A stretch of 64,000 nucleotides of DNA from Lama guanicoe. Lineage: Eukaryota. The notes beneath the pieces were generated by a model. That model saw only the letters and a program-made list of their open reading frames with translations, was not told the DNA's origin and searched no databases. Each line of letters opens with the position of its first letter. Position 1 is the first letter of the stretch. Shown piece after piece: positions 13,234-25,500 of the stretch. Where the stretch lies: the NCBI GenBank assembly GCA_013239625.1, contig MU053504.1:870001-934000 (forward strand), written 5' to 3'. The translations under genes and the position numbers were made by a program.

Positions 13234-13587
13234 GAGTGGCGGCTCAGGAGCTGCAGGTGACTCAGCCTGAGACGTCAGTGTCGGTCGCGGCGGGAGAGAC
13301 AGCCACTCTGCGCTGCACCATGACCTCCCTGAGTCCCGTGGGGCCCATCAGGTGGTTCAGGGGCACAGGGCCAGGCCGGGAGTTAATCTACGATTTCAAA
13401 GGAGGCCACGTCCCCCGAGTAACAAATGCTTCAGACACCACAAGGAGAGACAACATGGACTTTTCCATCCGCATCAGTAACATCACCCCAGCAGACGCCG
13501 GTGCCTACTACTGTGTGAAGTTCCAGAGAGGATTACCTGGTGACTCAGAGTATAAGTCTGGACCAGGCACTCGGCTCACTGTGAGTG
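13234..13587 (+). CDS. SIRPA: SIRPA IgV (CD47-binding) domain exon, phase 1-1, 354 nt
   Basis: Acceptor tttccctccag|GA and donor AGTG|gtgagt. Translation (G)[52 protein letters not shown]...[22 protein letters not shown]...[11 protein letters not shown], with canonical Ig C/W/YxC residues and the SIRP signature. Confidence 0.97.
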
Positions 13588-16500
13588 GTGAGTACACGTG
13601 GGCCCCTCGTGCCCTGCTCTGTGACAACAAGTCAACAAAATGCCCTCCTCTCTTTGGGCAAAAATAAGAATCAGGTGCAGCAGTGGGTGCTTTATCATGA
13701 CTGGGTCATGATCTGATTTCCCTCTTGTCTACAGGGAAGTTGAGGCCTGGAGAGGTCGTGCTATCTACTCATGGCCCCACAGATCGTAGAGGTGGGAAAA
13801 GTCTAGAAACCCAGGCTGCCTGGTTCTACATCCCTTGACTTTTCAGTCCCTTCCAGCCCTTTGGTTCCAGGGATGAGGGAGCTGAAAGTCTGAGTGACTC
13901 GCCCCATCATAGGGCAGACCTCACCTGCTGCCTCCAGAAAGTGTTCCCCTCAGAGTGGCTAAGTCTTCTCTTTATTCAGCACTTACTGAGCACCTACTGT
14001 GTGCCCAGCCCTGCTCTGGATGCCACGGAATCAGGGGTGAGCAAAGCAGACAAGGGCTCTTCTCCCATGAAGCTTGTATTCTCTTCCCTTCCAATGCGGA
14101 GAATACATCCTGGCCCGGGAAGGGCGGTGGGGAGAGTGTGTTTCTTCATTTCATCCTCAGAGATGTCACACTGAGAAGAAATAACTAAGGGCACAGATTC
14201 GCTGTTGAATCTGACGGCTCTGGTTGGAGGAGGTGCCCAGAGGTTGGGCGTTAGCGCTAGGAAAACCCTCATGTGACTCAGTCACTGAAGGCTCCAAGCA
14301 GAGCTGGGTCATCTCAGAATGTCCCGCACCCAGGACAGAGGTTCCCCATGTGGCTGACTTAGGGGCTGCCCCACTGAGGTAGCAAAGGTGCTCATTTAGG
14401 GTTTTCTGTCAGAGGCTCAGGATCCCGAATCCTAAAATTTCAGCACAGGAAGGACTTTTAGACATGAACCAGCCCAGTCCCCTGTGTACACAGGGGGAGC
14501 CTGAGACCACAAGGTGACAGGGGCCCAGACCACAGTCACATGGCCAGTGCGTGAGGGGAGCCTTCCAGAACCCAGTCTGAGTGAGGCCAGGCTCCTTCCT
14601 GCACTTTTTGGACACTGGCTCCACGGAAGAGCCTGGCACATAGTAGGTGCTGATGAAAAGCTTGTTAGACCAAACCATTGAACAGGGAGCATTTTTGTCA
14701 GTTTCCCAAAGGTTCAGAATGCCCCTCTCATTCTGACCCTGAAGCTAGAGGTGACTGGGGACCTCTCCCAACTTTCAACCACATGATGCCAAGTCTAGCA
14801 TTCCATCTCAGCTGGAGCTGCCCCTCCCTAGACTGCCCATTGTTTCCACAGCTACAGAAACCGCATTGGATGGAGAGCGCATCTTTCCCTTTACAGTCTC
14901 CTGTTGATGGCTGTTAAGTTGTTCCCGATGTCGGGCTATTAAAACAGCGCTTCAGTGGATAACCTTGGCCACGCATCACTCTACTCATGGGGGGAATACC
15001 CACTGGAAGTGGCATTGCTGGGTCGCAGACTGTGTGCATTTTAATTTGTGGATATCACCAAATTTCCTTCCTAGACATGGTACAAGCGAGTCCTGCTAAA
15101 TACCGGGACATTGGCAAGGAAGCTGGCTATTGCAGATATCACTAAAGTTCCCAGAGGGTGCGTCCCCTGCACAGCCGAAGACAGCTAGTAACTGGCTCCG
15201 GTGCCACTCAGACCTGCTGCCTCCCAGGAGACTGTCATCCTCTTCCCCAAGCACCTGCCCAGATGATTCCCTGGATGAGAAAGGAGGGAGACAGGAGGGG
15301 GTGAGGGCGCAGCAGCCAGTCAGAAGCTGAATCTTCCTCCTGGCATTTACTGCCTATAACCAGCGCTCTGAGGGAGGGGCCATCTGTGCCCCTTTTACAG
15401 ATGAGGACACTGAGGCCCCAAGAGGGGACCTGGCTGGTGAGCAGGTAGGGAGCCAAACTTCGAACCCCAAGCAGCCTGACTCACACCCAGCTCTCTGCAC
15501 ACCCCACTGTGCTTGTCAAAGTGGGGAGAAAACTCCACCCTCTCCTTTTATATCTTGTATTGTTCTGTTTCTCGGCAATAAGCATTTTAAATAAAAAAAG
15601 TCCTGTGTGAGATGGGGCAGCCTTTACAACCCATACCAGACAGACAGACACTGCAGTGTCTCATGACGTCCTGAACCTGCTCCTATGAGGCAGGGCTCAG
15701 TGCACTTAGAAGCCCCAGGAGTCCTTTTCTCCCTGTTGCTGTGATGTCACCCCTTCACTGAGCGGCCTGCAGGAGCAGCTCCGGGAAGGGGAGCGAGGAC
15801 AGAGCAGAGGGGCCGCTGCATCCCAGCAGCACCGGGCACGCCCACTCCTGGCCCCGCAGACTGAGGATGAGGAGGGGGCGGTAGTTCATACTAAATGCTG
15901 GGGCCTCACGTGGACAGAGTTCATATTCTAGACTCAGGTGTCAGGAGCCCGTGTCTCCCCCTTGTTGCTACAGGGTCCCCAGGCCTGGGCCCTTGGAGGG
16001 CATTCCTCCCTATTCTTGCTTGAAGTCAAGAATCTCAGAGGGAAAAGGGGAGGGTGATGGTCAGTGTGAGGGATCCGGAAGGTGGGCACTTGCTCTGTTG
16101 ATGGACATGAAAGCTTGGAGGTGACGGGAAATACTTCTGGGACACGGTGTGGGGGTGCGGTGAGGAAACAGTCCCTTCATTTCACTCAGCCTCAGTTTTC
16201 TCATCTGTAAAATGGTGATAATCAGGGTCTCCTTTTAGGAGAGTTGAAAGGATTTGAGGTGCTCTGTCTAAATCAGCAACACAGAGTAGGCATCTCCCAA
16301 ACTGACTTTGTTTCAAGGCTGTGACCCACTTCCCTTTGCAGGGCTTACTGGCCTGTAGAAGGATGACAATCACACCAACTTTGCAGGATGTCCTGAGGAT
16401 ACAATGAGCCTGGTGACAGAACAGCCCCTCAGTGAGCGATGGTGTTGTCCCGACAGGCTGGGCTCTGGGCAAGTCTCAGTTCCCGCTAGTCCTCAGTTTC

Positions 16501-19500
16501 CCCACCTGTGAGATGGTGGTAATTCTGGCTGCCTTTCAGGATCTGTGATGGCTGGAGAGGTTCTAAAAGCCCCTGTTGTGGTGGCTAGGGTGTAACTGAG
16601 CCTCAGTGCACAGTGGTTGTGCACCTAGGCCAAGCCCTGCTGCCTGGGCTCCCATCCCAGCTCCGCCAGGTCCTGGCTCTGGGACCTCGGACGCGTCCCT
16701 CTCCGCACTGGGGCTTGGGGTCCTGGTCCATCCCTGCCAGCACCGCCCTCCCAGAATCGCTGCAGGGACTGAGTGAGGGATCCATGTACAGAGCTTAGAG
16801 CAGAGCCCGGAACAGAGTACCTTTTCCACCAGCATTAGCTCTGATGTGCCGAAGCCGGAGGCCTCGGACAGCTCACTCCCTACAGAACTGAGTATAACTG
16901 GGGTTGGGGTGGGGCCGGATGCTTTCCACCTTGGCTGCCCATCGGAATCACCTAGGTAACATTGACTAGATCCCCAGCCCCCGTCCCCACCCTAGAAACC
17001 CTGGTTTAATTGGAGACACGTGGGCCCGGGCAGCTGACTGATTAACTCCTGCAGGGGATGCTGCCCACAGCCCGGGCAGAGAAGCCCTGGGCTCCGTGTT
17101 CTCTGAGGTCACAGGCGGAGCTGGGCTTTTTCCCTGACAGAGGCAGGTCCCCGTGGTGCCTGGGTAGCCCAACTCCCCAGCCGTTAGTAGCCCAAGAAAG
17201 TGAACCCAGTGGAGTGGCAGGCAGAGCCCACCTCCGGAAGCATGTTTTCCCTGAGCGTGGCTTCCTGCCCTCTCTAGCCTCGAGGAGGGGCTGCCCAGAC
17301 CACCCTCAGCCCGGAGCTTCGTCAATGGGGAGACCTCCCCAGCTTCAGAGACTTGTGTCTAAACAGGCGCTGGGATCCCCGCAGACACTCCCTGCTCAGC
17401 CCAGAGCCCTCCTGCCTCAACACACCAACATGGTACTGATGGAATCTGTCCTCTCTCCTTTCAAAATGCCTCCAGCTTTCTGTAAAGAGCGAATAGCCAG
17501 AAAAACGCCTGTGATCTCACGTGTTTTGAAAGCCAATTCCCCAAACTTGTTTTCTGAGGGGACTATTAAAAATAGGGGGAAAATCATAATTTGGTGTTTC
17601 TACTCCTTTTTTCGTGTGGATTTTACGTAGCAGCTGCATGGAGCAGGATTTGAGACTCTTCTTGGTGTTTCCATTGAGCTTTTGTTTTGCCTTCTTACCA
17701 CCTAAGGAATACACAGGTAGTTTCAGAACTAGGAATGACCAGATCACGTGATAACAATCACAGGTCTTGTTCACTAAGCACCTGCTGTATACCAGGCTCT
17801 GTGTTTTACATACATCCTCACTCGTCTGACCAGGTTTGTCCAGAATCAGATTTTGAGGCTCAAGGATAAAGATTAGAGTCCCTAAAATCAATCAGCCCTC
17901 TGTGCGCTGAGATGAGCTCCAACCTTTCCTCGCTGTGTCCTTGGCCAGCTGCATCCTCCCTTAGCCTTGTCCTGTAAATGGGACCCTATTCGGGCACCCT
18001 TCTCAGGGTGGGTGGAGGGAACTGAAGAGCTGAAGGTCGTGGGTGGATCAGCCAGCCTCAGGCTGATCGCAGCGTCTCGTCCTTCTGAGGGCATCCAGAA
18101 TGCTGGTATTTTTATGACTTCACATATTCAAGTAACACCCCCTTACTATATCCTTAAAATGTTCCATGAGTTTTAGGAAGCCGGTTAACTATTGACAAAT
18201 GCAAATATTTGTAATATTTGCTGTCTGTCGACTTTTGACTTTTACAGGCGATATTGGGTAATAATGAACAATTTGAAGACACCCTATAGGAACTTCTACA
18301 GGGAGAAACTACGCTCACATTTTTTTTCCCTTTAATGGAGGCACTGGGGATTGAACCCAAGACCTCATGCACACCGTACACACTGAGCACGTGCTCTGCC
18401 ACTGAGCTATACCCCTCTCCCTGCACCCTCACTTTGATTCTCTGATTTGTGTATGTTTTCTGGACACAGGAGCTGCTTCTGCCTGCTTCACGGGCCTGTG
18501 TCTGTGTCTCTTCTGACTTAATAAAAATTAAGAAATTAACCACCTCTGCTTTCTCAGCTCTCAGTGACCTTTGCTTTCAACTCAAAACTGACCCAAGAGA
18601 AGAACCCAGATTCAGAAAAACATCCCTTCACCCTTTTCCTTTGAAATTCAGGGACTGGCACATTAGTCCTACTGGAATATTTGTGGAGAGAACGAAAACT
18701 ATGGAGTAAATTAATAAATACCTGAAGGGAGAGCTCTGGATATAAATACAGTCCAGGTTGAAGAGAAATCTTTGTTTAGTTTTGTGAAGCATCTTGATTT
18801 TACTCAAAGCAAGGATGCTTCCACTGCCAGACTGAACCCTCAGTGCAACCCCAGGAAGGACAAGGCCTGCAGTCCTGTTTCACAGATGAGGAGCTGGGAG
18901 GGGCCCCGGCCACACGTCTCGTCTGCTGCCCAGGATGGTCCAGCATCCGTGGTGGTCCCGCTCGACCCCTGCTTCCCCTGCACTTACTTCTGTAAACGCT
19001 TCTCTGATGGGAGTTAAGTTTCCCAGGGGAGCCCAGCTAGGAAGAGTTAATAGGACAGTATCAGTCATCAGGTCTTTTGTTCCTGTGCCCAGATTGGTGG
19101 GAATTTACCTGGCAGACTGCAACCCCAGGAAGGACAAGGCCTGCTGTCCCGTTTCACAGATGAGGAGCTGGGAGGGGCCCCGGCCATACGTCTCGTCTGC
19201 TGCCCAGAATGGTCCAGCATCTGTGGTGGTCCCGCTCCACCCCTGCTTCCCCTGCACTTACTTCTGTAAACGCTTCTCTGATAGGAGTTAAGTTCCCCAG
19301 GGGAGCCCAGCTAGGAAGAGTTAATAGGAGAGTGACAGCCATCAGGTCTTTTGTTCCTGTGCCCAGATTGGTGGGAATTTACCTGGCAGAGGAAAGAAGG
19401 TGGACTTTGAACTCAGGCCTGGAAACCATATTGGCCCTGGCCCTGACTCAGAGCTCACCTCTGGGAACCTGTGTGTCTCCTCAGATGACGATGAAGACAC

Positions 19501-22500
19501 TGCCCTCTGAGACCTAATAGAAGGATTGAAACATAATATATGTAAACGTTCTTAGTGGGGAGCATATAGCTTAGTGGTAGAGCGCATGCTTAGCATGGAT
19601 GAGGTCCTGGGTTCAATCCTCAGTAAACTAAAGAAAAAAGATGAAAAAAAATAAATTAAATAAACCTGATTATCTCCCCCTGCAACAAAATTGAATTGAA
19701 ATAAAGTTGAAAACAAAATCTTAAAAAAATATGTGAACGTTCTTAACTGCGTCGCAAGCTTATCATTAGTGATGATAATGACAATTATGTTCATTGTTGT
19801 AAATGCTCCTTTTGTAGCCAAACCCTCTCCTCCCGTGGTATCAGGGCCTGCCACGAGGGCCCCACCTGAGCAGACAGTGAGCTTCACCTGCAGATCCCAC
19901 GGCTTCTCCCCCAGAAACATCTCCCTGAAATGGTTCATAAACGGGAATGAGATCACAGCCTCCCAGACCAGTGTGGACCCGGAGGGAGACAGCGTTTCCT
20001 ACAGCGTCTCCAGCACAGCCAAGGTGGTGCTGGACCCAGGGGATGCTCGCTCCCAGGTCACCTGCAAGGTGGCCCACGTCACCCTGCAGGGGGGCCCTCC
20101 TCTCCGTGGGACTGCCAACTTGTCTGAGACCATCCGAGGTAGATGCCCCTCACACCAGCCCGAGCCCACACCTGCCCCCAAGCCCCACCTGCTCCTCCCC
20201 CTGCTTTTGGCTCCAGGCCTTGAATTGCCTGGAGTAGATTTCCTGACAGTCCTTCCCGACCACCAGGCACCTCCATGTGCTGGTCACTCACTACTGATTT
20301 AACAGCAGCTTGCCACGTACCAAGCACTGTGCTCAGCAGTTTCCTTTACTTACAACAGCATCTCCAACTACTGAGCACCTACTCTAAGCCAAGCCCCTAA
20401 GTGCCTAGGGATTTCACTTACTTGGCTGCAGTTATTATATTCCAACTGCATGCCAGTTGCTTACTGACTCCCCACATTATAACCCTAACAGGAGCAACCA
20501 GTCCTTGAGCACCTACTGTGTGCCCTGCACTGTGCTTAGAATCTCATTGATATGCAAATTGCACACTCAGTGTTTGAGCACCTGCTGCATGCCTGACTCT
20601 GTCCTCAGGCACCCCCCTTGCTGGGCTGGGAGCTGCTCTCCAGCCCCTGCCCTGTGACCTCTCTGTTCCACAAGGTCAGAGCTCCTGCCCTGTGCTGTTT
20701 CAGTTCCGCCCACCGTGGAGGTCACCCAACAGCCCACGGCAGGGACCCAGGTGAACGTCACCTGCCAGGCGAAGCAGTTCTACCCCCGAGACCTCCAGCT
20801 GAGCTGGGTGGAGAACGGAAACGTGTCCCGGATAGAAATGGCGTCGACCCTCACGGAGAACAAGGATGGGACCTTTAACCGGACGAGCTGGCTCCTGGTG
20901 AACTCGTCCGCCCACAGGGGGGAGGTGCTGTCCTGCCGGGTGGAGCACGACGGGCAGCCAGCGGTCAGTGCCAACCTCACCCTGGAGGCCTCTGCTCCCC
21001 AGAAGGACCAAGACACACATGAACTCCCTGGTGAGGCCTCCACTCCAACTCACCTGGCTCTTAACTTTTGTTTTTAATGTTAAAAGTAGTAACTCATGCT
21101 TATTATAGAACAGTCTAGAAGTCAATGGATACAGAATTTTAAAATGAGCTCCCTTCCCCCAAATCCCACACTCCAAGAGCCCCACTGGTAAGAGTTTGGT
21201 ACATTCTTTATAGATCTTTTGAATTTAATAATTACACATTAAAGAAAGGAAGCAGGAAAGGAGGGAGAGCATCCTGTCCTTTCTCTTGCTTTCTTCTACT
21301 AGCAAAGATCACGGTCACTGTTCCCCGTCTGCCCTCCTCCCTCCGCCTTGCTCCTTCCTACCTCTGCCTGGCCTCGCTGGCTGCCATCACAAGGGTGCCC
21401 TCGTGGGAGCGGGGCCGGGGCTGCAGGGTGTCGGTGGCTTATCGCAAATATAATCAAGGCTGCACTAAACATCCTGGGACGTGTTCTGTTACACATGCAG
21501 CTACTTCTGTGGGATGACTTCCCAAGGGGCATGTCTAGGCCAAAGTCCCGTGTGAGAGAGCGACAGGTGTCAGGGCGTCATTTTTTCAGCCCCCTTCCAG
21601 CCTGTTGTTGGTGTATCTCTCTTCTTTTTCAAAATGGCAGCACCTACTTGGTGCCCCTCTGGAAGTTTCCATCACCCGAACCCTTGTACGTAGCAGACTC
21701 TTTGAATGGATTAGCGTAGAGGCCGTGTCCTTCCTTCATGCATCCTTCAAGGGAATAGCTCTGAAGAAGCCTTGGGGCCATTGTCAGGGTGCCCTTGGAT
21801 GTCACCAATGGCTGGTGTTCACAGGACGAGCCTTGCGCTGGGAGGCAGGCTGTGTGGACCTATTCTGGCTGTCACAGTCCTGGGGAGCTTGGACGAGTCA
21901 GTGCCTCTGTCAGGGCTGCCTTGCCTGCCCCTGGCGGTGTTGAAGGAGACGACCCCGGCTGCCAGGACCCTGGCTGTCTCAGCATCGTAGCTTTAGGGCT
22001 AGGCACAAGGAATAGTAGACACTCAAGGAATACTTTTAGAAAGGATGAGTGAGATGGTTGATTGGTTAGTTAGTGAGGTAATCCTCAGAGCTATGCAGTG
22101 AGGTAGAGATTATAATTGGCCTCAGTAACACGTGAGGAAGCCAGTGTGTGGAGGGGGGTTTAAATAACCTTCTTGGGGTCACACATGAGGGCCATTTATT
22201 GGAACCTGCATTTCTGCAGCTCAGAGCCCTGCCCTCTTACGTAAGATCTACTCCCTGTGCCCCGACGCCAGCCCCATCCTCACTGTCTCCAATCCAAGTA
22301 TCCTGGGTTCGGCACTCCCTTGTCCAGGTCCCTGGCACAGACCAGTGCACATCTTTGGAGCTCTGCATAGTCCAGTAGCACGACCACCGTTCCTCACCAC
22401 CCCTTCCCGCTGTGTGTGTGTGATGCCTTTTTGGAGTTTTGGTAGACCTGTGTCACCAGGGCAGCAGTGCCTGGCTCACTCGGATGAGGGCGAACAGGCT

Positions 22501-25500
22501 TCTGTTCCTCAGGAGGGAGACTCCCGCCCACATCCTGCAGCCGGGGCTCCTCCGTGGCTTTCGGCAGCACATCCCTCCTGGCGTCTTGGCCTGGTGTTTG
22601 TGCTGCCCGTGGGGGACCCTCAAGGGGAGGTGTGTGCAGACCCAGGAAGGTGCCCGCGTGGCCCAAGATGTCTGAGCCAGAGGTTCTCAGTTAATGATGC
22701 CTGTCTCGTAGTGGAAAGGGACAGTGGGTTTTTGTTTTCTTTGTTTTACATCTCCTACGTGACGCCTCTGTTTTGTGTGGTCCTAGACAAGCCTGACAAC
22801 TGGCACAGTATCTTTATCGCGGTGGGCGTGGTGTGTGCCTTGCTGGTGGCCCTGCTGATCGCGGCCCTCTACCTCCTCCGAGTCAGACAGAAGAAAGGTA
22901 AGTGGATTCCCCGCTGCCTCCCCGAGACTTTGCCCCTGGGCTGTCCTTCCCAGAGGGGGAGGCCTCTGCTTTGGGCTACACGTAGCTTAAGCCAGAAGGA
23001 CGTCCAGTTACTCCCAGTAACAAGTCCAGAGGTAGCAGTGCCAGGGCTGTGCGGCCCCTCCACCAGGCTGGGATCTGGGTGGGCCCCCCACTTGGCCTTC
23101 CCCTTGTGGTTGCGAGATGGCCATCACTGCTCCAGACCTCACATCCCCATGGGATCGCTACCGAGGTGGAAGGCAAGGAGCTGCCATGGTGGTGAGAGAG
23201 TCTCAGGGAGGAACAGTGTTTCCCAGGGGCCCCCTGGCAAACTTCTGCTTCCCTCTTACCTGTCCAGGCTACATGCCCAGCCCCCGGCAGGAGGCTGAGA
23301 GGGAGCAGGGATAATACCAACACCGACCTCCAAGGCCTTTGGGAGGATTAAATGGGTGATTCCGAGTACAGTGTTTGGAAAGTGCTTGGCATACAGCAAG
23401 TGCTCAGTAAATGTTAACTCCTGTCATCAGTATTGTACATGAGCCCAGAAATAAGAACCTCCTCCCTAGAAATCTCCCCTCATAGTGGCAAGGTGTGTGG
23501 CTTTTGACTCCTCAGCAGGGACGTACAAGTTCAAATCCAAGACATTGTCCCCTTGTTTGCATGCATGTGGGTAAGTGTGGGTGTGTCTGTGTGTGTAGGG
23601 GGGATAGGTGTGTGTAGTTGTTGCTGTGGCCAGGCCTCTGACTTTGGAGTCAGTTGAACCAGGGCTCCAGACCCTTGTATATACTCTATAAACAATCCTT
23701 TTGGCCTCCACGAGCCTCAGTTTCTTCACCTGTAAAATGGGTGTAGCAGTGCTGGCCTGGGAGGATGGTTATGAAACTAGTAAGCCCATATGAAACAGCA
23801 GCTCTGACACATTCTCAGACTCGAAAAAAATACACGTCCTCTTTCCCACTCTTGGAGGAGACAATTTTAAGCCAGTGTTTCTGAAACTTATTTGGCTACA
23901 AGTGATAGAAATACATTTCATGCCTCACCCTAATGCACACACACATCCCATATATAAAATTGGAACTCTGATATTTTCTTTTTTGTCATATTTTATACTA
24001 TACTCTCTTTAAAATGCTGGTTGTCACGCACCACGTGCCGCAGCCTGCAAAGTGCTGTCCTGAGCTGCGCTTCTGCGCCCGGACTTGTGGGCTGAGCTCG
24101 ACAAGCATGCTGTGCATCAGCCCTCCTGCACCCCCTCTTCTCTGCCCCTCAAGTTTCCCTCCCTGCTGGGCCGGCTGGAAGGACTGAGCTTTAAGCTCCC
24201 GTCCAGGAGGGCTGCTGTCAGGCTCCACATCTCTGGAATCTGGACAAGATTCTGCCTACTATGTGGTTTCCCTAATGTTCCTAGAGCACCCCCGCCGACA
24301 CAGGAAGGACTTCTCCTTCGGTGGGGAGGCAGGATCCCTTGCTCACCAAGGGTGACGAGCCAGCCCTTCGATGGAGCATCCATAGTGTCAGTGAAACCCC
24401 AGCTCCCTTTGGAGCCTCATCCCTGGGCACCACATCAGGCTCTGGCACATGTGAGCTCATTAGTGTGGGCAGAGGCATCGGCAACTTGTGTTCTGGAGGA
24501 GGAATTGGGGGTTGAAGACCTTCAGATGCCGGTGAAGGCCACCCCGAGTGGTGGGTCTGCTTGTGTGCAGAGGCCAGCTCTCAAACGTAGGCTCTAGTGA
24601 CAGTGACAACTAGCACTCACCTGGCTCTTCTGATGTGCCCGAAACCGTTCTCACCACAGACCTGACCCCACTTCACAGATGAGAAAACTGAGGCATGAGG
24701 AAGTTGTAAAACTTGCTTAGGGCCTCCCAACTGGTGGGTGCGGAGGCTAGGATTCAAACCTGGGCAGTGGTTCTCCAGGGACCACGTTTAAGGCCGCTCT
24801 GCAATCCCCTCCCCACCAATGAGATACCTCTTCTCCCTCATTGGTCCCTGGAGGTGACTGTTCATCCTCTACCTCAGTACTTGCAGTGAAATACCCTAAT
24901 TTCAACTCTGTCACTTACCAGCTCTGTGACCTGAGGGAGTCATCCAGTGTCTTCGGTGTAAAATAGGGGTGATCACTGTCCCATCATTGGGTTCTGTGTG
25001 ATGACTTGTGTCCCAGCACTTGACAGCCCATCAGCCTCCATTCAAATGTTAGATGCTGAGCTTCAGGCTTGCTAACTGGTACCACTCACCTAAAACTCCA
25101 GTACTGCCCGGGCACCAAGCATTCATCTGGCAGTAAGCATTCTTGCATCGTGGCAGCCTCCAGCCTGTTAAAATGTGGTGCAGAGCACATTTGCCAGTGC
25201 TTGTTGCTTTTTAATTACAATTTTACAGCAAAATGAGAGTCAAATGGTGGCTGAACCCCAGTGGCTTCTCTGTGGGATGCCCCATATCACAGGCCTAAAA
25301 TCTCTGAGCCAGATGGACCTTTTCTTTCCTCCCAAAATCCTTTTTTGGAAAGTGGTGGGATGCAAATGAATGTCCAGCCCAACCCTGTGAGTTAGAGCAC
25401 TGAAATCCAAGCTCAGAGAGGTGAAACGACCCACCCAGGGTCACACAGCAAGTGAGTTGGTGGCAGAAGTGGGATTCACTCTTGCTCCCCTCCCCCCAGC

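Noticed and set aside
18844..19391. Direct repeats considered as a CRISPR-like or LTR-flanked structure
   Set aside because: Two abutting units with no spacers or internal sequence in mammalian DNA: a simple tandem duplication.
22345..23298. 317-aa ORF, the longest gap-free ORF in the track
   Set aside because: Only 22787-22897 (the SIRPA TM exon) is meaningful. The remainder is GC-rich intron that happens to stay open.
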